From Camelus dromedarius (taxonomy: Eukaryota), in the NCBI RefSeq assembly GCF_036321535.1, contig NC_087436.1, positions 11,408,001 through 11,472,000 of the forward strand: a stretch of 64,000 nt of DNA, in the 5' to 3' direction. Below, piece by piece: positions 25,501 through 37,973 of this stretch. The first letter of the stretch is position 1. Each line of letters starts with the position of its first letter. The notes beneath the pieces were generated by a model. It was not told where the DNA came from and made no database searches. It saw nothing but the letters and a program-made list of their open reading frames with translations. Both the position numbers and the translations under genes were made by a program.

Positions 25501-27307
25501 TCTCCACCCTCCTCCGCAAAGATAACCGCCACCTGCTGCTGAAGCACACACTGGTCTGGCCTGGTTGTGACCTTCATATACAAGGGTATTTTATTATATT
25601 TCTGAGCTCTTCAGCTCAATATGATAGGTGGGAGATTCATCCTCTCTTCCATTTTTCAGGTCCTTTGCCTTGGTGAGTAGGGTTCCCCTGTGTGCCTGCA
25701 CCGCTGTTCAGCAGTCCATTCTGTTGCTGAAGCCCTGGGTTGTTTCCCGATTTCTGCAGTTTGGTTGGTGCTGCTATGAGCATTCTTGCTCAGGGGACCA
25801 CATTTCCACATCTAAATCCTGGGAGTGCAATTGCTGAGCAGCAGGGTGGGTACGTGCACATTCAGCTTACGTGGAAAGAGCCAAACAGCTTTCCAAGGGG
25901 TTTGGACCAATGTCCTCTCTGATTTTTCTTTATATCAACTGCCATCACCTGACAGATTGTTTGTACTGGGTCAGATGTTAGAAAACATGTTAAGACACTT
26001 TTCTACCCTGCATATGTTCAAGAGATGGACACTTTTGGTTTCCATCTGCACTGCTCTAGGAGAGCAGGAACTTGGTTGTGGTCACTGCAGTTTCTCAGAC
26101 ACCGTGGACACTTAGCTGCTGTTCGATGCTCATGTACGTAAGTACACTAGCAATTGTGTGAGAGAGTACAGAACATATTTGACAAAAAGAGTTAAATTAA
26201 ACCATCCACAGAGTTTATTTGGGGGCATTGGTGGACTTCATTCTTTGTCCTTTACATATTACAAATATATATATTGCTTAAAGTTTTTTTTTCTGTTAGA
26301 GAAAAAGTTTTATGACAATAAAGGATACCATTTAATATAATGGTAAGTGGAGGAAACCGGGTTAAGAAACTGTATGTAAAATATACTGCCATTTATGCTA
26401 AATAATCTGTCACATGAAAACATAAAGATGTGGATATAGGAACATTTCTGAGAGCACACAGCTGAGAACATGAATCCTGATGTATCAAAGTGTAGGATTA
26501 TGGCTGATCATCGCCCCCTGTTGGTCTTTCAATACGTTTTTACATCTTTCTTCTCCTGTCGTCAAATAAAATAATACTAGAAATAATATTAATCCTAACA
26601 GTGCAGTAACGGCACTCAGAAAAGGAGCGCTTCGTGTGATTGTACGCACTTTGCACACATTCTCACCTGAAATACTTACTGAACTTCTGGTTATTGGGCC
26701 AGAGACACTCTACGTGTCAACACGATGACTGTCCTCCACTCACAACCGGCAACGACTTTCAGGGGGCGGAGGAGCCCCTGCCCCTCTTCTCCGGGGAGTA
26801 AGGCAGCTGAGCCTGGTCCCAGTCGTGTAACTGCGTGTGAAAGGGTCGTAGTAAATCCTCGCTCCCAGCCGGGAACGCTCAGCCCGTGCGCAGCGCGGCC
26901 TTGTTCCCTCTCAGTAACTCTCCTTCACTTAACAGCCCGCAGGCCGCCCGCCGCCGTGGGCAACCGCTGCGCAGGGAGGGGCGATTCCCGGACACTGTGC
27001 CGGCCAAGCGTGATTTCTCCGCCGGACCCCGCCGGGACCTCCCTGTGGATCCCCCTGCAGTCGGAGTGATGACGCTGCCAGAGATCTGTCCTGCCCCCTC
27101 TTCCGACTGCACTTCTCTTCCGGGGGGCTCCCTCCCCGACGTCCCTGCAGGGGCAGGGACCTTGGGAAGCCCCAGCACCCCCTGCCAGCCCCTCGCACTG
27201 ACTCCTGAATCTGGTGGTCGTTGTTACCCTTTCTCACCTGTGAGACTGGAAGTTCTGTGACTGCTTTTTCCTTGGTCACAGTGTCTTGTTTAAATTTTAT
27301 GGTTACC

Positions 27308-27393
27308 TTCTTTTTTAGTGGAGGTACCAAGGATTGAACCCAGGACGTCGTGCATGCTAAGCACGTGCTGTACCACTGGGCTGTCCCTCCCCC
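27308..27393 (-). mobile_element. tRNA-derived SINE (Vic-1-like, short)
   Basis: gattgaacccaggacgtcgtgcatgctaagc. Confidence 0.8.
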
Positions 27394-27917
27394 TCCCCTG
27401 GGCATGGTACAACCACCAGCTTGGAAATTACGCTCAACAAGTATTTGGCAAAGAAATTCACTTTAAAAAAAGTTCTGTTCATCATTTGGAAATTGCTCTC
27501 TAAATATTTGACCACATTCATGAAAAACCTTGGATCGTTTTGAGGGTTAATACCGTTCACGGAAGTTGTCGCGGGGGCGCCCACAGTGTCTGTTCTCATC
27601 CTACTGCCTCCTCCCCACCCCTCGTCCCTGGCGTCAGTCCCGTGAAACCCATCTTCCTGAGGCCGCAGCTGGGTCCCTACTCCCAACGTCCGATGGGAGC
27701 CTGCAGGGAAATGCTGTCAAGCGCAGCGTGGCGGTGCCCTGTGCGGACGCTGCGGCTCCTGGGCCCGGCAGTAGAGGCTCCGCGCGCGAGGTCTCACTGT
27801 GGGGCAATGCGGGGGGGGGGGGGGAGGAGCCTCACTGCCTCCCTTGGGCAGAAACACCGTGGCAGTAAGAGGAGACCCGAGGGCACATCACACAGGGCAC
27901 CCAACAAAAAGATCAAA

Positions 27918-28720
27918 GGGGACCCTCCTACACTGCTGGTGGGAATGCAATTTGGTGCAGCTGTTACGGAAAACAGTATGGAAATTCCTCAAAAACTAAA
28001 AATAGACTTACCATATGATCCAGCAATCCCACTCTTGGACATATATCCAGAGGGAAGTCTCATTCCAAAAGATACCTGCACCCCCAATGTCCACAGCAGC
28101 ACTATTTACAATAGTCAAGAAATGGAAACAACCTAAATGTCCATCAACAGAGGACTGGATAAAGAAGTTATGGTATATTTATACAATGAAATACTACTCA
28201 TCCATAAAAGAAAAATAATAAAATAATGCCATTTGCAGCAACATGAATAGACCTGGAGATTGTCATCCTAAGTGAAATAAGCCAGAAAGAGAAAGAAAAA
28301 TACATGCTATCACCTATACGTGTAATAAAAAAAAAAAAGGAAAAGGAAAAGAAAGAAAAAAGAGGACACTAGTGAACTTACATACAGGAAAAAAAAAGAA
28401 AAAAAGAAAAAAAAACCAGACTCTCATAGTAAAGGATCTTGTGCTCTTGTGGTTACAGGGGAAAGGGGATGGGAAGGGAGAAATATGGGAGTTTGAGATT
28501 TGCAAATGTTAAGCACTATATATAAAAATAGATTAAAAAAACAAATTTCTTCTCTATAGCACAGGGAACACTATTCAATATCTTGTAATAACCGTTAATG
28601 AAAAAGAATATAAAAATGAATACATGCATATATGCATGACTGGGACATTATGCTGTACACCAGAAATTGACACATTGTAACTGACTATACTTCATTTAAA
28701 AAGGAGAGAGAGAGAGAGCG
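27918..28720 (+). mobile_element. 5'-truncated L1 (ORF2 end and 3' UTR)
   Basis: [14 protein letters not shown] and LKIDLPYDPAIPLL peptides; short TSD agatcaaa. Confidence 0.88.
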
Positions 28721-31700
28721 AGATCAAACAGGAAGATCAGGAGGGAGCTTGGCTCAGAAGCCCAACTACTTGGGGGCCCTGACAACTCCTTTCCGTGGGG
28801 TCCACAGAGTAGGGACAAGTAATGCAAGGGTCAGAGTTCTCCCCTCAAAGGCCTGTGTGCTTTGGCAAACTGAGAGTTATGGTGACATTATTTTCCCCGA
28901 AATGAGGGCACCGAGAATTACTACCCTGAAACCAATAAGTGAGGCAAGGGACAGCTGGCCTGGAACCCTGTGAGGAATTTCGGGTTTGGACCCTGAGAAC
29001 AGTGGCAGATTTCAGGCAGAGGGACCCGGAGAGCAGCAGGGACTTTTGAACAATCCTCCGGGCTGCACCCTAGACTTCATGGATAAAAGAGGTGGATGCA
29101 GCAGCCAGACTGGGCAGCAGGAGGTTCCCAGTGGACCCATGGTGCCCTGAGGCCGCCTGGTGGACGAGATGGGAACTGCACCCAGGAAGTCAGTAAAGGG
29201 TGGGGAAGGGACCCCAAGACAAGCGCTTCAGCCACGTAGGTGACAGCGCGGGGCCAGGGCAGGACTGAGGGGAAGCAAGTGCAGTTTGACCACAAGGCGT
29301 GTTCGGTCCTTGAAGAAACAGAAGGACCTAGTTTGCACTTCGATTTACTGAGCTGATATTTAGGTAAGAGGCTGAAGCTACAAACACGGACTCTAGACCC
29401 TTTAAGGGAGAGACGGCGGCTGAAATCTTCAGAGTGGCTGACACCTGAGCGTCCGCCAGTTCTCTGATGTGCCATCCCTCCGGGTTTTACTCAAAAAATA
29501 ACTCCTTTTTCACATATCCAATTTTCATTCAGAGAATCTCGCCTCTCAGTGCTCCTCCTGTCAGAAAAAAGCAAAAACATCCTCTTTTAACCCAGGATCC
29601 TCCCCTGCTGTGTGACCTACCCGTGGGGCCTCCTGCGGGCGGAATCACCCAGCAGGGCGGGGACTGAATGTCTGCTCTGGACGCGCCCTGCAGGCAAGTG
29701 CAGCCCCCGCCCTACTCTGCTTGCCCCTGGCAGTCTCTCAGAGAAATTAGCAAGAGGGAGGCAGGGAATGGGGGCCGCAGCGCCCCCTCGCTGGAGGAAC
29801 CTAAAGGAAACGGAACCCCCGTGGAGGCTCAGAACCCCAGCTTAAAAAGCAGCTTCGACAAACAGGTCATTTGCAGACCAGAGAGAGGAGCTGGGAACAG
29901 ATTTAGGCTTTCAAGGGAGGTAGGATGTGGGAAATTCAATCCAAGGAGGAGAATTAATGGAGTAAGGTTTGTTTGTAGCTTCCTCTGGCGCCCTCCCTGG
30001 GCTGACAAGGGTCTGCGGCCACTAAGAGGAGAATTTGTATCCCACCACTAGCCAGAGAAGGGGAGGGTTTCTGGGTTTGCTGCTTCTTAATTGCCTTCAG
30101 CTCAAAATTTTTGTGTCAAAAAGGCATATTTTGGGGTGACATATTCTAGTTTCCTTATAATGCAACTTCCAGATGAATGGTTCTCAAAGGTTGGGGTGCA
30201 CCAGGGTCACCAGGCTGTCTGTAACAGTGGTTTCTGGGCTCCCCCCCACCCCCGTGAATTTCTGAGTCAGTAGTTAAGAGGTGGGGCCCAGGAACCTGTA
30301 CTTCAAATAAATGTCTACGTGGTCCTGATGCTGCTGGTCTGGAGAGCGTGCTTGGAGACCCCTGTGCAGACCCCTTCTTGCAGAGGTGTCCTCCCTGGCC
30401 CTTCTCCACACCTCCCCCTCCCACTTCCCAAAAGTCTTCTTAATAATGTCCTCAGAGACCGATGTCCACGCCCACAGAAGAGTCGTCTCAGTTCCTGTTG
30501 TAATGCTGCTTCCTGGTCTGGGCAATGTTGGGAGAATGTTCTGTGAGTCTGAGGGTTTCTGCACATCCTGTGAGCAGAGGCACTGGCTGCCATTTGGTTC
30601 TGTACTATATTTCCAAGGATGCTTCCTGAGGAGCTGCTTCAGAAGCTGGAGAGAGAGTCACCCTGCAGAGCAGAGGGAGGTGTGACTGCTGTACATCATG
30701 TTGAAGGCGACGCCTCCCTTTGGGGCAGAGGCTGGGCAGGTTTGCCCACGGTGCAGTGAGGATCTGGATGTCCTGGGCTGGGAGTTCCCTGTCTGTGCTG
30801 CAAATCTCCTGTGTGCACCGCATCCATCTAGGCTCACCCCACGGATGGAATGACCCCGGGTACTGAGACTAACATAGAGCTCATGCCACCACTGTGCCAC
30901 GAGTAAGAAAGTGCTTTGTGTCTTCAGCCAGCATCCATCATACAGGGGCAGGTAAAAATAAGGTAAATCTCAGATCCTTCATAGTTCTTAACACATACAC
31001 CCTCATTTGTTTTACATCACACATTTAAAAGCGTTTACTCCACCAGATCTTAATTTTCCAATATCCTTCATCAATAAAGGCCCACAGGGTGTCATGGAGA
31101 AAATGTTGGTTCTAGGTCTGGTCTCGGGAGAAAAAAAGATGGGACTGAAGGCTCCTGTATCTCACAGCAGGGATGAGCTCAAAGACTAGCGAGGACTGGC
31201 CAAGAGGATGCAGAGGCAGCATAGGGAGCACGGCCGGCTCCATGTGGGGCTCTCTGGACCTCAGCAAGGAGAATGATGGGTATACACGTTGGAGAGGAAG
31301 AGAATTCATGAGTCCAGGGGGTGCCTCTAAAAACACAGAAGGGGACATCAGGGAGGGAAAGGTCTTCTTTAGGGAAGATGCCAGCAGTGAAGTGTAGGGG
31401 TGCAGAGTTAGAGAACCTCCATCTGCCCCCCCCAACACCATCACTGAGCCTGCTGAGTTCGTCACTGGTGGTTAAAACCTTTGAGGGCGCTGATCCACTG
31501 ACCTAATGCTGACATTTACAGAATAACTATGTTGCTCCTGATACTGTTTTGTGCCGATAACATACAAGACTGTTAACCACATCGCAGTGACTTCTGTCTT
31601 ACACCCATTTGGCAGAACCGAGGTCGCCCCATAGCTCAGGCTTGGGCTGCTTCCCCTGCGCAGGGCGTGTCTCTCCTCCTGCCGTCTGATAAACGCTCCT

Positions 31701-31803
31701 TGCATGGAAATGTTATGAATCACAACTTTTTTCTTTTTGGACTTTTGGGAGAGTATTCTCAAATCGGGAATTAGCTGGTCAGCGGGGAATAAAATGTATT
31801 TTG

Positions 31804-32234
31804 GCTCTCTCATGTCCTCGCCTGGTGACCAGGCAAAGAGGGAACGATGGTCTGCCAAAAAGGCCTGCAGCCTCGTGCAGTTTATTCGCTGTGCCAGATG
31901 CCTGCCCAAGGACACGGTCACTGAGAAGTTTGTCATTCGAAACATAGTAGAGGCCGCAGCATTGGGGACGTTTCTGAAGCAAGCGTCTCCACGCCTACGT
32001 GCCTCCCAAGCTGTCTGTGGAACTGCACTACTACGTGAGCTGTGCCACGCACAGCAAGGTGGTCAGGAGTCCTCGTGAAGCCCGGAAGGACCGAACACGC
32101 CCACCCAGATTTAGACCTGCAGGTGCCGCCCCACGGCCTCCACCAGAGCCCATGTAAGGAGCTAAGTCCTTAATGACTGAAGAAATCTTGTTCTCTGCAA
32201 AAGAAAACAACAAAATGGAAATTATACTTTTTAA
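31804..32234 (+). pseudogene. RPS26: 40S ribosomal protein S26 processed pseudogene
   Basis: Decayed frame 31825-32157 with [26 protein letters not shown] and [16 protein letters not shown]. Start codon mutated to GTG, frameshifts, no introns. TSD aaaatgtattttg (31791-31803) / aaaaagtattttg (32235-32247). Confidence 0.93.
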
Positions 32235-35169
32235 AAAAAGTATTTTGAAATACTCTTAAGTATTTTGAAAGAGATGGGCTGTTGTGGCCCCAGAGGGGTG
32301 ACACTCCATCCCGGTGGCCCCGTGGACGTCACCACTCTAACCTTCCCTTTCCACTTTTGTCTGTGGGAGGACTTTCCTCCCGCAGTAGAGAATTCTCGTG
32401 AAGTTTTCACAAGATGTTTGAGTAAAGCACAGAGCACACGGTGTAACCTGGTAAAGAACCTCTGATTTGAAACTGAGAGGGCGAAAGAACTCTGGAGAGA
32501 ACGCTGACCTCGCAGAAAGACTGTCCTTCAAGAAACTTTCTCTTCCCACCATGGATGCAACACTTTCCATTCAGGCTTCTGCTCATAGTGAAATATGTGT
32601 GTGGATGTGGAACAGTTTCTGAGACCCTGAGTTCAGTGAACAGAAGGGGCTGGGCTGGGGTTGGAGGACACCTGTCCTCAGCCGTGGTTTAAAAGAGGGA
32701 ACAGCCGCCTCCTGTGTGTGCGCAGGCCGCTCCGGGCTGACCAGGAGCTGGGAACGCTCCGCCCCGTGGTCCTGGACACGCACTGCTGTGGCCGCAGAGA
32801 CTGAACTGCCCAGTGTTATTTTGATCCAATCATGTGGGTTTGATCGTTCAAACATTTTCCAGCAGATGGTGCCAGACATTTTTCCTGCAGGATCTGCAGG
32901 AGGGGAATCCGTGTTCCAGATGAGAAGCAAAGCCTCATCCTCTCTCCTGACTGGAAAGTCGTCCACACTGAAATGTGGCAAAGAGGCAAATACGCACTGC
33001 TTTCCTATGTATCTGCTCCCTGGACAGTCAGAGGCCCAGCTGGGACAACGCTCAAGTATCTGGTTCCAGGACTCTAACTATGAAGTGAGTGAGAGAGCTC
33101 TGGAGGCTGGCTGGGTGGGGGACTAGGTGATAAGCCGATCAGGAGATGATTGGGTCTATGAAGAAGATGCAGGCAAAGCACAGGACTGAAGGTCAAGACC
33201 CGGCAGCCGTTCCCCTCTGCTGTCAACTGAGAAGAGTCGTCTGTGTCTGACAGACCCCGGATCTCCTGACCCATCAGAATAGTTTGAAAATAGACCCGCT
33301 CCCAAAGTCCAGATCCAGGTACAGCCCTAAACAAGAGACTCGTGCACCTCCCTTACTGCGCCCCACGGGGCAGCCAGCTACAAAGGGGACAGGCCTGGAA
33401 AGGACCCTCCTGACAGGAGTTGCCAAGGGAAACCAGGTCACGTTGGCACATTCTAGGGGACTGGAAGTGGGGTGGGCAGCCTCCACACTGAAGAGAAGTG
33501 GGGCGGGGTCAGACCTGGACTTGCTCCCAGGGGCTGAAAGTGTCTCCAGCAGGTATGGAGATCTAGACCCTCCAGCGGTCCTTTCATAGGAATGGGAGAA
33601 AAATGGATCCATCTCTTGAAAACATTTTAACCTACAGAAAGTGTAAAATCAACCTTTCCACGGTCAATTTGACCCTTGATACTGAAACTTGAGTTCCCAG
33701 TCTTCCCACCTCAGAAGACAGAAAAGGCATGACAGTGGAAACCGTGAAACCACGCTGTCCACACAATCTCACAAGGTTACTTGTTTACCGGCTGCCCTGA
33801 GTCTTCAGAGGGTTGGCATCATTAGTTGGTGGAGAAGGAGGCAGTGGTGAAGGGGCCATGGTGTCTGTAGGGGTCCGTCCCCTGGGATGCTATGGCTCTG
33901 CTGTCCCTCAAAGGGGAAGCTGACAAATCTTTCTCTGGTCTTAACCCCTGTGTTGCACCGCATACACCAAAGTCCAGGGGGACTGGCACTTTCTAAATTA
34001 TGAGTTGAGAGAGGTTTCATTTTGTACTTTGAATAACAGCTCTCATATCAGAGCAAAAATACTTACACCAATACTTTTCGAGAAAAAGGCAGGGCTTATT
34101 TCTACACTGGACACACCTGGGTGACATTTCCCGGTTGGTACTTTTCCTCTATGGTTCATGAGAACATTGTGCAAATTAATACAATTAATAACTGTGGGAT
34201 AATATAATCTCAAGAATTAGATGGTGTTTGGGGTTTTGGTTGTGTATTTGTTTTAACTTGTTTAGAAATAATTGTATTTTCACAGGAAGCTGCAAAGCTA
34301 GTGCAGGTGTTTTGTTATTTGCCACCTGGAAGACAGTCATTTTCTGTCTGTCCTCACTAACTATGTTACTTACCAGGCTTATTTTACAGAAATGTTGCAG
34401 GAAACAAATGCAAACTGCTTTGGCAGTTCCAAAGCAAAATACATCAAAATTAGAGGGTTTTTCCCCCCAAACATCGTCTTTTCAAATTTTCATCAAGGCC
34501 CTGGAATTCTAATCCCTGCTGCGCTGAGGCCGCTGGGCGCTCCAGGAACAGAGTCGGCAGACACTCAGAGGCCACCGCCCTCCAGGCACTGCTGCCCTCT
34601 GGCCCTGCGGTTCCTGCCTCACTCCAGGCTTCTCCTGGGTGCTCGTCTCCTCCCAAGGGGTCCCTCCCCGCAGCGCCCTCGTCTCTGGGAGACAATCACG
34701 CCGGGAACCTGAACCATCCGCAGCGGCACAACTGTCTCGGGGGCCGGGACTTCGCACAGTTTGTCTTCCGTGTGTTAGGCAGGTCCGGAGCTGGGTTCTG
34801 TACACTGCCCTGTCTGCGGTCGGGGTTCAGCGGTCCTGGAATAGGAAACTGCTCGTCGTGAGGGTGCAGGGGGCCCGGGATGGACTCACCCAGACCCCGG
34901 ACCCTCCGCGTGCACGCGGAGCTGGAGATCGGGAAGGGCGGGGGAGTCACACCTCCCTGGGGAGGAAATGGACAGACTCACAGCGCCTTTCACAGTTCAT
35001 TTCCCCCATCGGAGAAGATTAAAGTTAAGTGGCGTTGAAAGGATCATGGGAGGATCTCAAATCTGCAGCTGGGATCCTGTTATCACCGGGACAGCGGCCG
35101 CCCATCAGCTTGGCCTCATCCCAGGCTGGGTCCTCCCCCCTCCCCCCCTCAACTCTGAGCAGCACCTCT

Positions 35170-35348
35170 AAACACTCATCCAATCCACTCTCCGGGGGAG
35201 GAGCCACAGCCTTTAGGGCGGGACCCCAATAGCTCCACCCTCCTGGTGGTGTATATATGCTCGGGTCACAACCCCGCCCACACTATTTGGTGGGACAGCA
35301 GACTGAGGACCAGGCCCTTGGACACCGCCAGAGCTGCACCAGGTAAGT
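35170..35348 (+). promoter_or_regulatory. Putative TRIM75 promoter and non-coding exon 1
   Basis: CCAAT at 35180 and 35226, GC box GGGCGG at 35216, TATATAT at 35252, perfect donor CAG|GTAAGT at 35342/35343. Candidate acceptor tttttctcatccccag| at 37714, upstream of the CDS. Confidence 0.6.
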
Positions 35349-35659
35349 GGGGAGCAGAAGTGGGGAGCGGACAAGGCCAGGGCTTCCTGAGTCCCTGCTC
35401 TGGGCCCAGCCTAGGGACCCACCTCCCAAGGAATCGAGGCTCAGGTTTGACTTCTGCTAAAACCTGTCCTTTATCAGAGTTCCCAGTCCCTCAGCCTGCC
35501 TTGTCCTAAGTCACCTAAATGCTTACTGAGAGCACAGATGCCAAGTTCCTACCCTGTCCTGGGGGCCTGAGGATGAAAATACTTGTGTGTGACAATCCCC
35601 TAAAGGCTGGTCTGAAGCTGTGGGATCCCCCTCCAGGATGTCTCAGTCCTGGGAAGTGT

Positions 35660-36130
35660 GGAGTGTTAACCAAAACCCCAGAAACCCAGACCTCACTGAA
35701 ATAGAGACGTTTATTGGGGGTCGTTAGGACTGCAGCCCCGGAGACACAGATTCAAAAAGCACTTGAATTGTGTCCCCAGGATACACAATGGGAAAGGCTT
35801 ATAAAGGCGTGAAACCTGCAAGGCTCCATCAGTTGGCTGTCAATAATTAGGATGGACCTGGCAAGAAGGGTGATGGTTAAACAGAGAAGGACTGGTTGTT
35901 GCTCAAATTGATAACACAATTGTGAGGGTGGGGGTGGGGAGGGGTTTGAAACTACAAGGTTGCAGCTAGAGCTGTCAGCAGGTACTGCTTTGTAAACAGC
36001 TGGTGGTGTCCTTGAGTTTGATCCAGTTCAGAAAAGTCAAGTTCTTACTGGTGCAGGGATGTGTCTGAAACCACAGCCACATTGGCCACCGGCTCCATTT
36101 TGACTTTAAAGTGACTTTAAATCTCATCAG
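35660..36130 (-). mobile_element. LTR in the putative TRIM75 intron 1
   Basis: tgttaaccaaaa start; tttatt (minus polyA signal); ttataaagg. Confidence 0.5.
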
Positions 36131-37973
36131 TGTGCAGGTGGGGAGGGACAACGATTAGAGCTCCGGGGGCCGGGGAGGAATTTGGTCTTCCTCCATCTCA
36201 CCACGCCTGCCTGCAGACAGGCAGAGCAGAAGCAGGTTACCCCAGAGTCACTCAGTCCCTATGGGAGACCCGGAAACCTGGCAGGATTTTAGTGCTTCTA
36301 CAGCTTAGCCAGGGACTGAGGTGATTTTTGGAGATGCAATCATGGCAGACAGCACGGAGGTGACAGCTCTGTGTGGGATGCAGTTTATCTGTAAATCTAC
36401 AGCAGTCAGAGTGAAAAAAGCTCACGATCCTGTCCTTACTGCTCTGTCACATTTTGTTGGGGAGGTGACCCTCATGCAGCGGGGAAGCTGGGATCTGGAG
36501 GAAGTGACAATGAGCTCTGAGCTGGGCAGCACCGGAGACCACTGAGGGCTCTGCTGGTACAAAGGTACTGGGCCCAGAGGAGCTGAACATACTACAGGAG
36601 GGTAGGAGGGTGAGAGCCTGGTGCTGGGGAAGCTGGAGCTGAGGGAAGGATGGGGTCCTCTAGATGGAACACAGTCCTGCAGGAAAGCCCTGTGGGAGGG
36701 GGTGTGACTAGATCTGGGTGTGGATGGCAGAAGACTGGAGGGGGCCCAGAGGGTGGTCGTGGGCTGGGCAATCAGAGGCTGGAACACTCTGAAATTCATT
36801 TGTCCATCATTCTGGATCAAAATACTGTTTTAAACCAATCAGGCACCAAGATAATTAAATCAACAGACTCCCTCACACCTCCCTCCATCGGCCATGGATA
36901 CTCGGTGTCCAGCTTTGGGATCACTTCACTGATCTCAGGAAAGTTTGGAGAGTTTACCAGGATGCATCCTCTGTGGGTGCCCTGAGTTGGCCCCTCAGCT
37001 CTTTGAGAATCAGCAGCAGCTTCTAAGGGAAAGTGCCACACCTCCTTGTAGGGATTCTGACCTCACAAACCTCACTAGCTGGCAGCTCACCAAGGATGTC
37101 AGGGAGTAGTTGTGTGTATGTGTGTGTTTCTCAGCTTCAACTCACAATAAAATCTTGATCTCAATCTCATTCTGTGCCTGATGTGAAAAGTCAGTGTTCT
37201 GACCTGGCAGGGTGTCCAGATAAATTTCTTCTACTCCAAATCAAATCCACGTATACACACAGTCTGATATATCTGATATATCCTGTAGTTGAGAACCTTA
37301 AGTGAAAAGTAATTTTTTATGTATTATGAATTGAGTGCTGTCAGAAATATCTGTGGTTTAAGCCAAAAAGTAGCAGGTTCTTTTATTAGATTTTTGACAA
37401 CACTGAAATGATTGAAGCTGAGAATTTTGTCCTTTAACCAGATCCTCTTAGAATCAGGGATGCTATGTGACTTTGCCCAGGTCCACAGATAAGCTGTTGA
37501 CTGAGGGGGACCCCCCACCCAGGCCTGGGGCTCTCATCCCCAAGCCCACACACATTTCAACTCCCAGGACACCGTCACATCAGCCAGTGGTCCCTGCGGG
37601 TGTAAGTGGATCGTGGTGGAGGGGAGGGTCAGCAGATTCCTCAAGGTGGCAGCGAGCTGGTCCCACAACACAGGGCAGCCTTTTCACAGGCAGGATTATT
37701 TTTCTCATCCCCAGGAAGGAAAAGGCACTTTCGACTTGTGTCTGCTTTCTGACCCAGAGAGTTGCTGAGAGCAGTGAGTGGCCCAGCTGCTCTGTGATCA
37801 GCTGCAGGAGGTGAAGGAAGCCACTCTGGGCACCTGCCCGCGCCACCGAGTTCCGACGGCCCTGCGGAGCGCAGCGTCCTGGACAAGGAGTGAGAACCGA
37901 GGGTGCGCCTGCTTGTCAGCGCGGAGACCCTGCAGCCCGGCCTCCAGAGAAAACCCACCTCGGTGCAGCCCCG

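Noticed and set aside
32337..33600. Several 77-136 aa ORFs with vaguely protein-like text
   Set aside because: No recognisable domain, TSD or splice structure; a blastx search would be needed to revive this.
37890..37973. 28-aa N-terminal extension of TRIM75 in the ORF track
   Set aside because: It starts at GTG; family homology begins at the ATG at 37974.
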